A stretch of DNA of 63,298 bases, filler included, from Reticulomyxa filosa (GCA_000512085.1; 19 parts of 19 records of this genome joined end to end with filler, not necessarily neighbours in it), one strand, 5' to 3'; shown: positions 1 through 12,654, counted from the first letter of the whole stretch. Notes: generated by a model from the sequence alone, not told the origin. Numbers and translations are program-made.

Positions 1-826
1 TGGCAGAATTTCCATAATATCTTGCCGAGCTTGTCATAAACGGTGTTACAGACTGATGTTCATCACTGGTCATTACTATCAAAAGATAGACCAAAATACA
101 AAGTGTACTATTCAAAAGTATAAACTACAAAAATAAAACCTGTCTCAAGCTCTTTTGTCTCGTTGTAATTATGCACTTTACCTAAAAACAGGTTATGTAG
201 AGTTTTTCTAATGAAAGAGAAAAATACTATTGACAGGTGCGCTTTTGCGAACGATTTAAAAACATTTTCTACATTTAAATATCTAAACAAAACTGTGAAT
301 ATAAGCAAATCAAAAATTTATTTCTTTTGTACGTTTTAACTGGTATAAAAAAAAAAAGAACAAAGAATGGACAAAAATGAAGCAAAATATTCACTTTACT
401 GAATTGTATTTTGAAAGACAAAAAGTCTTTGGCAGGAATGTTTTTCAAATTATGAAGAGTAAAAAATGCACGAGTTTTTTTTTTGAAAAATATTGTATTT
501 TATATGCGGGAATAAACAATATGAAAACGTTTACTTGTTTTTCTTCTTTCTCAAAGGATTATTATAATAATATTAAATATCAAGTATTTTCTTTAAAACA
601 GATTAAATTTCTGAAGACAAGAAATTTATATTTTAACGACCGTATTTTTTTATTACACAAAAACCTTGTCCAACAGTGTGACTCCAGTTCAAAAATGATA
701 TAAAAACGACAAATACTTTTTCTAACAACTAAGTAATATTGGAAAAAAAAAAAAATCCTTTGATGATTGCACTCAAATTAAGTTAATTAATTTCGTAACT
801 TTTTTTTCATTCTGGACAAAAGCAAA

Positions 827-2223
827 CTATCCCCAAATACAAACGGGACCTTGGTATGAACCAAAACATAAGTTTAAATCATAAGTATAATTACTTGTAC
901 TCTTGTTGTCTTCCCCTTTCTTTTTCAGTGATATAAATTTTAGACTCGTTATTCCACACTCGTTCTCTCCTCTAATCAAAAACACTTCCTTCATGTTTAA
1001 TCGGACATCCCAGAAGCGAATTGTATTATCACTTGATCCAGAGCACAGTACATTTGAACTACCGCCAATTTTGGTATTATTTACTACAAATGGTGAATAT
1101 GCAACAGCAGTGACATGATTCTTGTGTCCATAGAACTCTCGAATTAGTTTACCAGATCGAATATCCCACAAACAGACAACGCGATCATTTGATCCAGATA
1201 ATATTGTATTTGCTAATTCATTTGATCCATATTTTACACTTATCACTGCGTGTTCATGTCCTTTGAATTCAATCAACCGTTTGGCTGTTTCAATATCCCA
1301 AATACTAATGGTATCATCATATGATCCAGAACAAATTGTATATCCATTCCCACCAATCACGCCAATATTATTCATTTTATTATTATTATTATCATTGTTA
1401 TTATTGCTTTGTAATGGTGAAATATCAACACAACGAGCAGTATCTTTATGTCCATTGAAAACATGTAATGATTTTGATGTTTCAACATCCCATAAACGAA
1501 TAGTACTGTCACCAGATCCAGAACACAAATATCTACCACCATTAAATTGTGAAAATTCAAGGCCATAAACACCTTCATTGTGGCCTTTAAATATTTGCAA
1601 TTGCTTATTATCTTTGATATCCCAAAAAAGAATGGCTTTGCCATACGATGAAGAACAAACGACATTACGATGACTTTTATGATAATGATATGGTGAAAAT
1701 TTAACACAATACACAGGATTTAAATGTCCATTGAATGATTGAATTTGTTTGTCAGTGTCAACATCCCATATACGAATTATTTGATCAGACGATCCAGAAC
1801 AAATGAATTGACCATCATCAAATGTTGAAAAATCAACACTATTCACAACATTAGTATGTCCAGTGAAAGTCTTTCGTAATTTGGATGATGAACAAAATGC
1901 ATCAAGCATTAAGGTTGTATTTGCCTATGTTCAATTATAATTATGTGTGATAATAACAACAATACTGAAACACAGATTAGCAAAAGAGACATAACATAAT
2001 TGACAATGAATTTCTCAAAGTCATAGGTCCACACTAATTTAATTTTTAATGTTCGAATCCAATACTGGATAATCAATTTCATCTCTTCTTCTTTTGGCTT
2101 CTGCAATCGCAAATCACATACAACACAATAAAAGTTAAAGACTGCTAACTTCTGAAAACTTGAAAGAAAGCTTACCAATGCTGGCTGTATTAAACCTTGT
2201 TTGTCATTGCCAAGATTTTTCAT
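827..2223 (-). CDS. WD40-repeat protein of an expanded lineage-specific family (multi-exon; propeller in exon 827-1909)
   Basis: Six clear GH...SGSxDxTIxxWD repeats plus a degenerate seventh ending CIWG*. Upstream exon EEEMKLIIQYWIRTLKIKL..FEKFIVNY recurs as a relic at ~60980. Paralogous to 18402-18732 and 19634-20159. Confidence 0.93.
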
Positions 2224-2350
2224 TCCTTTGACCCTTTTTTATTTTTTCGCTTGATATTGTTTTATTGATTTAAAATGAAAATATTTGAACTTTTTTTTGA
2301 GAGTAATGAAGGGGGATTATCAAAATACTTGACTTTGGAAAAATAATCCA

Positions 2351-2421
2351 ACAATATCCTGTTCCCAAACAGCACTGCCCAATTGGACACCTGCCTGTCC
2401 CACTTCAATTGTCAGAATTTG
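2351..2421 (-). pseudogene. Tubulin (alpha-like) N-terminal relic
   Basis: Minus strand reads QILTIEVGQAGVQLGSAVWEQ then, after a 2-nt shift, YC. This matches the tubulin N-terminal signature GQAGxQxGxxxWE. No start codon or continuation. Confidence 0.75.
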
Positions 2422-2702
2422 ACACGAAAATGAAAAAAGCAAAACAAAAACAAAAAGTCAAAACTGGAAAGTTTTTTCTTGTTCCGTTCTGTTAAAAACT
2501 AATTAGTAAAATCAAAAAAGAGAAATAAGTGGTTTTTATTGGGTAAATTGGTTGTTGCATATCTCTCAAAGTTGCTGATCGACACATTACTGCGAAAATA
2601 ACTTTCATACACAAATTCCTAAAAAAAATTAAATGTGTTGATATAACCTTTGTTCCGTTATCATTACTCCATCAACACAATACAATTTTTGTTTAGAAAA
2701 AG

Positions 2703-3284
2703 TTAATTATTTTCATGTTTCACAAGGATTTGTTGTATATCCTCCGATTTTTCCATGCGACAAGCGAGTTCCAATGGAGTTTCTTTCAGCTTTGAAAAAA
2801 AACAAAAAAAACGAAGGAACCATAGCCACAGATCATATGTACGAAATGTTACAAGGAATAAAGCATAGAGAAATTGACATACTAAAGTTTGGTTTTTGTT
2901 ATCTAACAATGCATCCCAGATTTTGGGAGGCATTTTATCGCATAGACATTTCAAACAGTTTAATTCGTTGTTTTTTTTGTTAATAATAGCCAAGTGCAAC
3001 AAGTTGAACCGTTGCATATCATCGACCTTGTTCTGTATTTGTTTATATCATTTCAAGTCATTTTTTTTTTTTTTTAAGAAAAAAAAAAAATATATATATA
3101 TATGTATATGGGCTAAATCGCAGAAAAGATGTGAATTTTTGAAACAGAAAAAAGAATGGTAACATTAGTGGTCATTTTCCAAAACAATGTGCTTTCCTCA
3201 TCCTTTGGGATCAATAAGGATATTATGTCCCCGTTCATTTCTGGAGAATTCCTCAACGCACTCATCAATGGTGTTCGACCAAAC
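2703..3284 (-). CDS. Ankyrin-repeat protein, 3' part (multi-exon, truncated by contig end)
   Basis: Exons encode FGRTPLMSALRN, FNLLHLAIINKK and KETPLELACR, which are ankyrin TPLH-type motifs. Confidence 0.7.
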
Positions 3285-3339
3285 TATATACGTATACATA
3301 AGTATATACGTAATGTTTCCTTATACGCACCAAAAAAAA

Positions 3340-3439
3340 NNNNNNNNNNNNNNNNNNNNNNNNNNNNNNNNNNNNNNNNNNNNTTAATTAATTAANNNNN
3401 NNNNNNNNNNNNNNNNNNNNNNNNNNNNNNNNNNNNNNN
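3340..3439. other. Artificial contig spacer N44-TTAATTAATTAA-N44 (first of 18)
   Basis: Identical 100-bp spacers, with stops in all six frames, start at 3340, 8242, 12492, 15079, 17066, 18302, 20160, 22024, 23835, 39592, 41403, 45186, 46448, 47939, 54115, 55381, 59607 and 61200. Genes are cut off at them. Confidence 0.99.
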
Positions 3440-4368
3440 GTCCTAAAAGAAATTGTATGTTTGTAGTTGTGGAGTATTTTGGAATCTATGTATGGAATTG
3501 TTTTGGTTTGAGCGCTTGAAGCTAGCCTATCAAAACACACCATATTTTATCAATGTATACATTAAATACGGAGTCTACATAATATGTATCGTGGTGACAA
3601 CGTGGGTGATGACATTTGCACTGATCATTACAATTCAAGGCAGATGTGGACAGACGCTAGATCCCATCGATTTTAACCCATTTGGAGAAAACTATTCCAT
3701 TTACAATTGTGGAGGTTATAATCGATGGGTTGAATATGCGTACTTAGTTACAGGTGAGCAAAAGAATAATGAGCGTAGCTTTTTTTCTGTGATGTTATAT
3801 AAAAGGGGGATCACTATGAAGATACGTATTCTCAAAAAAAAACTTTTTTCCGAATGAATAGGTGGATGCGGTATTTTCATATTGAGCTCTTTATTGGCAT
3901 ACATGTATTTGTCGCGATTGCTTCGCATGGCAAACGAACATAAACATGAAGGACACTTTGACGCTACTGTATACAAAGCTATTCAACGGGCTACTATTAT
4001 TGCGGTCACATCAACATGTAGCAATCTGATCGCCGTCGTTGTCGCCGTTGCCTTGGTTGGAACGCTCGAAGCCGGTTACGTACTGATTCCGATTGATGCT
4101 TTGATTAATGCTGTTTGCATGATATGTGCGTTTCAATTTGGAAATAAGGTACGTCACACTTTTACTTTATTAATTTGTGTAGCCGTCATAACTCTGCATT
4201 CATCACTCTGTGCTTGGTCATTGTTGTTAGCTGTACCAAAATTTATTTGGCTGCTGTCGTAAAATGTGTCCTGTTCCAGGAGTACGTGCAGTTGTTAAAA
4301 GTAAAGAAATGCCTCCTTCGCCACAGTCCAAGGAACAACAACTTATCAATGAAAATCAAACTCTATAA
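3440..4368 (+). CDS. Multi-pass membrane protein, 7TM/GPCR-like, 5'-truncated
   Basis: Spliced exons give about five hydrophobic helices. ERL follows a helix, there is a Cys-containing loop, the last helix is IDALINAVCMICAF and a Cys-rich tail (LYQNLFGCCRKMC) ends at TAA 4366-4368. Confidence 0.55.
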
Positions 4369-5373
4369 AAGAGGATTTATTGTAGATATGTGTTCATGGA
4401 ATGCGTTGTTGGTATGTTTTTCATTGAATGTTCCCAACCTTTTTTCCCTTTTTCTTATAAATCGATCTATATTGCCACATTATATATTTCTTAACTGCAT
4501 TGCTGTTCACTGAAAACTAAGCCGTATTCAACGAATACTAAAATATTTTTTTTAAGTGAGAAAAACGGATACAAATATAATTCATGTCATTTGTTTTGCT
4601 TTCAAAATAATTTTTATGTGTGGGAAGTATCATAAAAAAGAAAAATCGTATTCGAAGCCTTTTGATTATGTCAAAATATATAAGTCATTTTAATTTTGAA
4701 GAGAGGAAATAGGACATACTACAAACAGTTCTATTTTTAACAGTATTATTGTAGGACAAATTGTTTATAGAAAGAAGATTCGAGCGAATCCCAGAGCCCC
4801 TTCTCACAAACTCTTTCTTGTTTCTTTTTTTGGTTGAAAATAATTCCTTCTATTTGTTGAATTTTGCTTCAAAGCGTAGCATTTGTCTGCTCTCCGTACG
4901 CTAAATTCATTAGTGTTAAAACAACTTAATTCAAGAGTGTTTTTTATTAGCACAAAAAAAAACCGTTTGCACTTACAATTTTTTGTATCGAATTAATTCT
5001 CTGTTATTCTTTTGATGCACTAATAATTATGTGTCAAATGATATTGAAAATTAAGTAATTTTTAATATAGAGTGAGCCGCATTATCTTCAAATTCCTTTT
5101 TCACATTCTCTTTTTATTGTAAATACTTACGCTATTGTAGCTTATTTCCTAAATAGTTTCCAAATTTTATTAAAAGTGAAACGCAGCAAATGACAGTACT
5201 ATCGGCGCTGAAAACGGGAGTTTTTAAAAAAGTGCTGAGTTGTAGTTTGAACGGACCTTTTTTTTTTTGGTATAAAAACGTTGTTTTCCGTGTTGTTTTA
5301 AAAGTTTAATCTAACTCGAAAGGTTTTTCTGTACTCTCTCTTTCTCTCTCTCTTTCGTTCCTAGAACTGAAAA

Positions 5374-7235
5374 ATGTCGTCTTCATTTCCTTCAACACCA
5401 CCGAGAAGTACGTCAAAATCAAGCCGTAAATTGACAGTTCCAGACTCACCAATGTTGATGGAAGCACCAATAACTCCGCCACGTAAAAAGAAGCAAGAAT
5501 TTTTATGTGAACTATGGTGTGCACTGACAAATAAATGTGGAAACATGGTGAATAAATCGGTTACGTTTGCGGAACTTAGTGGATTTTTACGTGATAAAAC
5601 GGGTAAGTTGATTTTATTATTATTTTTTTTTGAAAGAGATATATTTATTTATGAATATAAAAAAAAAAAAAAAATTAGTATTGGAATTAGTATGTCGTTA
5701 TTGGATGGTATTGCAATCCTTTGTGAAAAATACACGTTTGGAAAAAAGTGATCTAAAATCAGAAACACGTGATGCACGTGTTATATTGAGTAGTTTAATG
5801 ATTAATAGTTTTCCACAAGAAGTATTGGATACCCGAACAGATTCAATGAATCCAGTTAGTGAAAATTGTTATCAAAAAGCACAAGAAGTTGTTACAGAAA
5901 TTTTTCAATATTATCCAAATAATGAAGAAGTTTAAGTAGATGATATAATATACATAATCGGACTTTAAATATACTAAATTCCGACAAAATTTTTTTTTTT
6001 TGTATAATAAAAGTCCGCAAACAAAAAGTTTATTTTTATGGAAAATAAAAATAAAAAATAAAAATATATACATATATATAGAAAATATTTAGATTACAAT
6101 GTGTAGACAAAGTGAAAATAATTGAAGATTTTATGAAAGCATTTAAAGCTTGGCAAATACAAGATTGCAAAGAAGTAATGGGATCATTGAAAGTATATTA
6201 TGAAGAATGGCTTCGAAGTAAATTGGTGATAAGTCAAAGTTCAATGAATGAGGCTCAACGAACAACAATATTGGAGACAATGGATAAAAGTTTAAAAGAA
6301 ACGAAAATTAAAATGTCAAAATTGATTGGAAGTGAAGAAGCTAATGTTGTGTGCAAAGAGATTGAAGCAAATGTGGAAAGAACAGAACAAGAATCTAAAA
6401 TAATAAGAGAAAATAGTAATAATAATAACAATAATAATGATAATAATAATAATGATAATAATAATAATGATAATAATAATAATAATGATAAAACATATCG
6501 AGAGTTATCAACCTCAGAAAAATTACGAGCATATGGTATTCCATCCAAACTTCGTACAGGAAGATTAAATAGTCAAAACAACAATACTGACTTTCCTTGT
6601 GATCAAGAAAAAGTTGAAAATAATAATACTATTGGACAAGAAGAAAAACATAATGATCAAGATTTTGTCAAAAAACAATGGATCAATTTGGATACCATTA
6701 TCCAAGAAGAAGGAAATAAAAAATATTGGAAAGACTTTGAGGTTGAAATTGTGGAAGGAAAATTTCATCGCTTATTTGAGTTGTTAAATGAATTGTTGAC
6801 TCGCATTAAAGCCATTGCTCCTAATTCGAGTCATGATTTACTCGATGACATTATAGATGTTTCCTTTATTCATCACACAATTGAACATGGAACTTTAGGT
6901 ATATGTGTGTGCACCTTGTTGTTTTGTTTTTGTTTTTTTAAAAAAAATGTTTATCAATCTTTCATATAGATGCAACACAATTCTATTCCATTTTTAATGC
7001 AATTTGGGATATTTTAAAATCATTGCATGCTCCTGCTAAAGATAAACAATGGATTGAATGGCATGATAAAATTGTTCAAGATATGAATGCAACAGATGCA
7101 ACATGGTCAAAACTTTTACCTGCCATTTTTAATCAATTTTTAATCAAATTAGATGAAATTGAAGAAAGTATTCAACAATGTCAATCTTTTCTTAAACAAA
7201 ATTCTAAATTTCGACACAACACAAATAAAAATTAA
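5374..7235 (+). CDS. T-complex protein 11 (TCP11/SOK1)-like protein, multi-exon
   Basis: Motifs ARVILSSLMINSFPQEVL, FMKAFKAWQIQD, YWKDFE..LFELLNEL, LDDIIDVSFIHHTIEHG and HAPAKD follow the Tcp11 family pattern. Contains a poly-Asn insert and GT-AG introns. Confidence 0.72.
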
Positions 7236-7631
7236 ATTTTTTTTTACTAAACAAAAAAAAATGTCGCGTGTTTTTTTTTTTTTTTTTTGTGAGGAAAAAA
7301 AAAACAGCAAGAAGTATTTTTCTTTTTTTTCTCTTTTTTTTGTTGTTGAAGAGTAACTAACAAAAACAATTGAACTGTTTGGTTTTTTTTATTTTTTTTT
7401 TTTGTCTTTTGCGTGTTATATGTTCTCTACTATCCTTTTTTTCTGACAAATTTCTTTGTCAAAATCCAATTCCTTGTATTCATCTTTTTCTATCAAAGCT
7501 ATTTTATTCACACTTTATTCAAAACATGATCCATTTTTAGAGCAATCATCAAAAAAAAAAAATTGATTTAAACAATTATAACAATTTTACCAAAAAAAAG
7601 CAAAAAAGTTGTTCGATAATTCCTATACTAA

Positions 7632-7704
7632 TGTAAGGACAAGCTCCTACTGTACATGGCCGAAATCTAAAGGGCATGAAAAGTCCACAGTAGATTAAAA
7701 ACTT
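7632..7704 (+). repeat. Truncated copy of TG...CA LTR/MITE-like repeat
   Basis: TGTAAGGACAAGCTCCTACT...AAACTTC aligns with the 5' ends of the copies at 15009 and 28860. Confidence 0.6.
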
Positions 7705-8897
7705 CTTCAAAAATTTTTTCAAAAAGTAACTCAGTTTTGTATAAATATGATTTTTATGTAAATGTGTATTGCCATTCTATCAATTTATATCATTCAAAAA
7801 ACTATATTTCTAAAATGTGGTAATATAATTAATTATTAATATTAAACAGATATTTTATTAATTTTTTCAATTACAAATTTTAAAAATCTATTTTTAACAT
7901 AAATTTCATTAATAACTTTTTTAAATACAAATTTTATAAAAAGTTTATTTCATGTTATGATGTTATGTATTATAATTAAATTTCAAAGTTTTTATTATTG
8001 CATAAAAATACTCCTAATTGTTACTCAAGTCAAGGGCATCTTATTCATATATTTATTCATCAGTCTATAGAAAAAGATCAATTATTTATACAATATTTAT
8101 TTAACTTCTTTTAATTTTTACAAAATATTTTATTCATTTTATCTTTCAAAAAAAAATAATAATAATTGATTTTTACATTACATAATGATAACACAATCAA
8201 ATAATTTTATTGTTAGACGAAAAAAAAAAATATATACAGTANNNNNNNNNNNNNNNNNNNNNNNNNNNNNNNNNNNNNNNNNNNNTTAATTAATTAANNN
8301 NNNNNNNNNNNNNNNNNNNNNNNNNNNNNNNNNNNNNNNNNTTTAATTTTACGTTCTGGTCCATATGTTCTCACAGTACAGGGCCGCTTTTTTAATGTTG
8401 CAGGAGAGGGTCTCCTACAAAATTTTTTCAGTTGATGTCCTCTTTTTTACAGTACTCATATCAAGGACTAAAATCACTTTTATGGATGATATCAACAAGA
8501 TCTCCCACTCATATTTTTCAAAATTCAATAATATCTCTTCATCAATTGAAGTTCACTTTAATGAAATATTCTATGTTAACTCTATTTCAATAATCCTTTT
8601 ATATAACTATCATATTATTATCCACTTTTATCTAAGCTCACTCATATACTTCAAGTCAATTTCTTTGTTCACCCATTTGGATACAATATATTCCAATTCT
8701 ACCAATATTTAATTCGTTGTTGTAAAGGTCGCTTATAGTGTGTTCCTTCGTTAGTCTAAGCATACCAAAAAAGAGTTATCATGTTTAGTTAAATAGATAG
8801 ATAAAGATTTTTTTTTACCATTGTTTTTGTGTTGTTTACGAATTGGAAACATTTAAGTTGAAAAATAATGTCCTCTTTCCATTCAGTTTTTTTTTTT

Positions 8898-9430
8898 TTA
8901 ACTTGTGAGACGCAGGACACCTTTTTTTATTTTGGTATTTCCTCCACTTAGTTCCAATAATTTCAAATGACAGTGCTGTCTTAATTCTCCTTTCAATGCA
9001 CATTTCGTTAATTTTTTATCATTATTTGTTGATGTTGTTTCTCCTTCTACTGGCTGCTGGCATCCATTGTGTTGGTACTGTCGTGGACAAATAACCTTCA
9101 AATCATTGATTTGATTTCGAATGATGGCCACATTAACATAGATGCAATCGTAATGCTGACCAACTGGACACCGATTGTCATTTTTTTTTTAAGATATTGC
9201 TTGAGACAATATTCTCCAACCACAATAGCATCGCTGAGATTCTCATGCTCTTTGCAAGTCAATTGTGTTATTTGTTGGCAAACTGCACAAACAAAGTGCT
9301 TGAGTTTGCTTGCTTTATTCATTTATTGTATCCATTGCTTACTCATCACCAGTTGTTCGCGTTTCTCTTCTATAGTATTTAAAAGCAGCAGTTTTCTTCA
9401 GAGTTTATACCAAGAAATGATTTATTCTGG
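8898..9430 (-). pseudogene. RING-like/TRAF-type zinc-finger relic
   Basis: FVCAVCQQ..LTCKEHE..IVVGEYCLKQYL, then a frameshift in the A-run near 9185, then NDNRCPVGQH..INDLKVICPRQY. Decays downstream. Confidence 0.6.
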
Positions 9431-9885
9431 ATCTGGAGAAGGGGAAAAAAAGTTGAAAACAACACTAACTAAAGTTGTATTTTCAATCAATTGTTTTTTT
9501 AATCTAATCTCAATAAAGATAAAAAAATTTTAATAAATAATAACATGTGTCTATAATTTGATGTTTTATTGATAATTTTTCATTTAATTCGAAATTCTGT
9601 AATATCTGTTACTTAACATGTTAAGAAGCTGACAATTTTTTCAAGTTTTTCTTTATTCAAGTAATTTTACACAGTACTTAACTTTTTAAAAGTTTTATTC
9701 AAGGGTTGTTTTTTTTTTTTGTTCAAACTTTTGGCCATAGTTTAGAAAGGGATAAGTATTGTTGTTAGTATAAGTGCGGTTTGTACGTTTTGGATTCTTT
9801 TATAAAGTTAAGTTTAAGAAAAACTGACAGCACTAAAAAACATCTTGCTGGTACTTTTTTGAGCGTATGTTTGGAGCTTCTGTTG

Positions 9886-10196
9886 TTGCGTTGAAATGAA
9901 CTCATGGCTTGTTGACATTGTTTTTCTGCTTAAAAATTGAGAATTTTGTAGTTTATAGGAAAAAAACAACTAATTGTTGCACTATGCAAATCGCAAAGTA
10001 TTGTTTATAAAATAAATTGTCACTAATTGTGCGCACTTGCGTTAAAATGAACGCATGGCTTGTTGACATTGTTTTCTTAAAAGTTGCGAATTTTGTCGTG
10101 TATAAGAAGCAAAACAACCAATTGTTGCACTAGGTGCAAATCGCAAAGTATTGTTTATAAAATAAATTATCACTAATTGTGGGCACTTGCGTTGAA
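9886..10196. repeat. Tandem duplication, two ~150-bp units plus a stub
   Basis: TTGCGTTRAA begins at 9886, 10037 and 10187. The units share CATGGCTTGTTGACATTG and TGCAAATCGCAAAGTATTGTTTATAAAATAAATT. Confidence 0.9.
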
Positions 10197-10706
10197 TTGT
10201 TTTTATTTTTAAGTGGGGGAATGCTAAAATTTTGAGATAGAGAAAATGTGTTTTCCCAATGACTGATGGAGAAAATGAAAAAAGTTAATAAAATGAATTT
10301 GAAAAAAAGTTTCTTTTTTAGTAATACTGTTGAAGAGACAGGATATGGAAAAAAATCTCACATTATTTGTAAAATTTTTCATTATCTTTTTTTGAATAAA
10401 ATAAAATTTCGTATTTCATCTTTTGTTTTTGAATTATAGAAAAAATGATTGTATTATTCAAATTAATTTTTTCAATGAGTCTTTAGCCTATAAGGCGTAT
10501 AAACTTTTGTAACTATTCAAATGCAAATGACTCTACCATACACAACCCCCAAGAACATCGATTGATAATATCATTAACAGCAATTTCATGTAAAGTTGTT
10601 TTTGTCCAAGTTTGAATATGATAAAAAACTTATTTTTACCAAAAATAGATTGATGTTACATAATTTTGAGTTTACCATTGTAACGAGTTATAATGCTTTA
10701 TAAGCT

Positions 10707-10778
10707 TGCCAATGAAGAACTTCTATTGGAAAGACGTTACTATATTATGAAGCGTTAACAATAGAACAATCTGAGGCA
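10707..10778 (+). ncRNA. Putative box C/D snoRNA 1
   Basis: Terminal stem (AAGCT)TGCC/GGCA(GCTT), box C variant ATGAAGA, box D CTGA at 10771-10774 and an internal ATGAAG C'-like motif; ~72 nt. Confidence 0.6.
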
Positions 10779-10795
10779 GCTTTTGAAAACAATCG

Positions 10796-10869
10796 GCCGA
10801 TGATTAGGGACTTCCATTAGGAAGGGCGTTAAGTTTTAGGTGATGAAACGCCAGTTTAAACCCTGAGGC
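10796..10869 (+). ncRNA. Putative box C/D snoRNA 2
   Basis: Terminal stem GCC/GGC, box C ATGATTA, perfect C' GTGATGA inside a GGCGTT/AACGCC stem, and box D CTGA at 10863-10866. Lies in tandem with snoRNA 1. Confidence 0.65.
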
Positions 10870-12654
10870 ATTTGTAATTTTTCAAAATTTTTTTAACAAT
10901 ATTTTTTCTACAAATGTGAAATTACTTTTCAAATGTCTATTCTTATGTTTGTTTTGCGAAAAAGTGTCATTCAATTTAAGTTTTGGTCTCCAAAAAAAGG
11001 AGTAATCATGACTTGCAAGATATTTTAATGAATAGATACTATTGTAGAGTTGTCAAATATTGTTTGACTTTATTCAATAAAAAAAGACTTAAAAGTCTTT
11101 GTTCAATTAAAAAAAAGAAAAATAAAACACATTACACAAATGGTGCATCCAAATAAAACTCAAGACAACATTGTGCTAATTTCTTCAAGCACAAAACAAA
11201 AAAGGACTCACAAATTGAAATTCAATTGGAATCCACCATATCAACACACAAGCATGAAACACGCTATCATGTGGCAGGTAGCAAATCATACAAGTGGTCT
11301 CGCAATATGCTCCACATATAAACACGCTTTGGTGCTGTTTTCGTTATCACACAACATGCATGTACAGTCTGAGTTGCTTTCATCCACAAACCTTGCGCAA
11401 CTCAAATAATCGTCGTGTTTTTTCAATCTGTATAGATCCTTTTTTTTTAAAAAAAAAAGAATTTCAATCAAACAATAATTATTTTTTTTAGTTTTAGTTG
11501 TTCCTTCCACTTTTTTTTTTTTAACACCTTCCACAATTAAAGATGTGTACGTAGCCATTCACCAACCCATCAACAACAAATACATCAATTTAAAAAAAAA
11601 AACTAAACTTTAGATTTCAATTTTTCTTCATTTGGTGCATTGTTATCAAAATCACTCGCAATACAATCATACGATGGCGAAAATGCGTAAGTTACCGCCA
11701 ACTGCTTATTTCCATTTAATCCATTCCGGACAATTAATTTATCGTCTTATGTGACGGCAGTTCAAACCCTAATGCAACGCATACATTTTTCCAAAGTGTC
11801 ATATGCGTAGCTTCATATCCTTTCACTTCAGTATTTCCTGCGATCTTGAACAACATATTCTGGCCTGCATCATCCCAAACAAAACGCATTCAAACAATTT
11901 TTTTTTTTAGTTTTTTGGTTCATACTTTCGTTCCTTTTTTTTTTTTTGTGACAAAGGGTAAACTAAATAAAAAAACTTTATAAAAAAAAGAATAGAAACA
12001 GAAAATTGCATCAATTTGGAAAAGTTTGCAGCGTATTGGACGAGACGCCGTAGATTATTGTTGATCAGTGAAAAACCACCATACGTTAAGTGAACATTCG
12101 CATTGCAGCACCAAATGATTGAATTCGTCAGCAAAGCCATGGAAGAGGCTTCTTGGTGCTCTCAAAGATATAGAGATTCTATCATTCAACATTTTTTATC
12201 ACATTGGGGGTTGAAGTTCGAACTTTAAAACAGAACTTGTAACTTTTTTTCTTTTGAAAACAGAGAATTATTTTATCAATTTATAACATTTTGAGTGTTT
12301 ATTACTTTTTTTGATGTTAAAAAATGATTAAAAAGAAACATTCGACATCAAGAGTTACTAATGAACGCAAGCCTGCTTCAAATTTTAATGGAACTTATAT
12401 CATCCTTGATTTTTTGATTATCCACTTGTTAAAAACAACATCAAATTGCACATCTTGCCATTTCACATCTTCGGTGTCCCCCTTTTTTTTTNNNNNNNNN
12501 NNNNNNNNNNNNNNNNNNNNNNNNNNNNNNNNNNNTTAATTAATTAANNNNNNNNNNNNNNNNNNNNNNNNNNNNNNNNNNNNNNNNNNNNTTTTTTTTT
12601 TTTTTTTTTTGGAAAAGTCCCTGCAAATAACGTAAAACGGCTTTGAATTGTATA

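Noticed and set aside
3384-3395. Recurrent TTAATTAATTAA as a CRISPR repeat or biological motif
   Set aside because: Always centred in 88 Ns; it is a synthetic six-frame-stop linker. ORFs ending in XXX-LIN are artefacts.
11200-12190. Coding-like minus-strand segments
   Set aside because: Multiple stops and no recognisable motif; possibly a relic, but it cannot be assigned.
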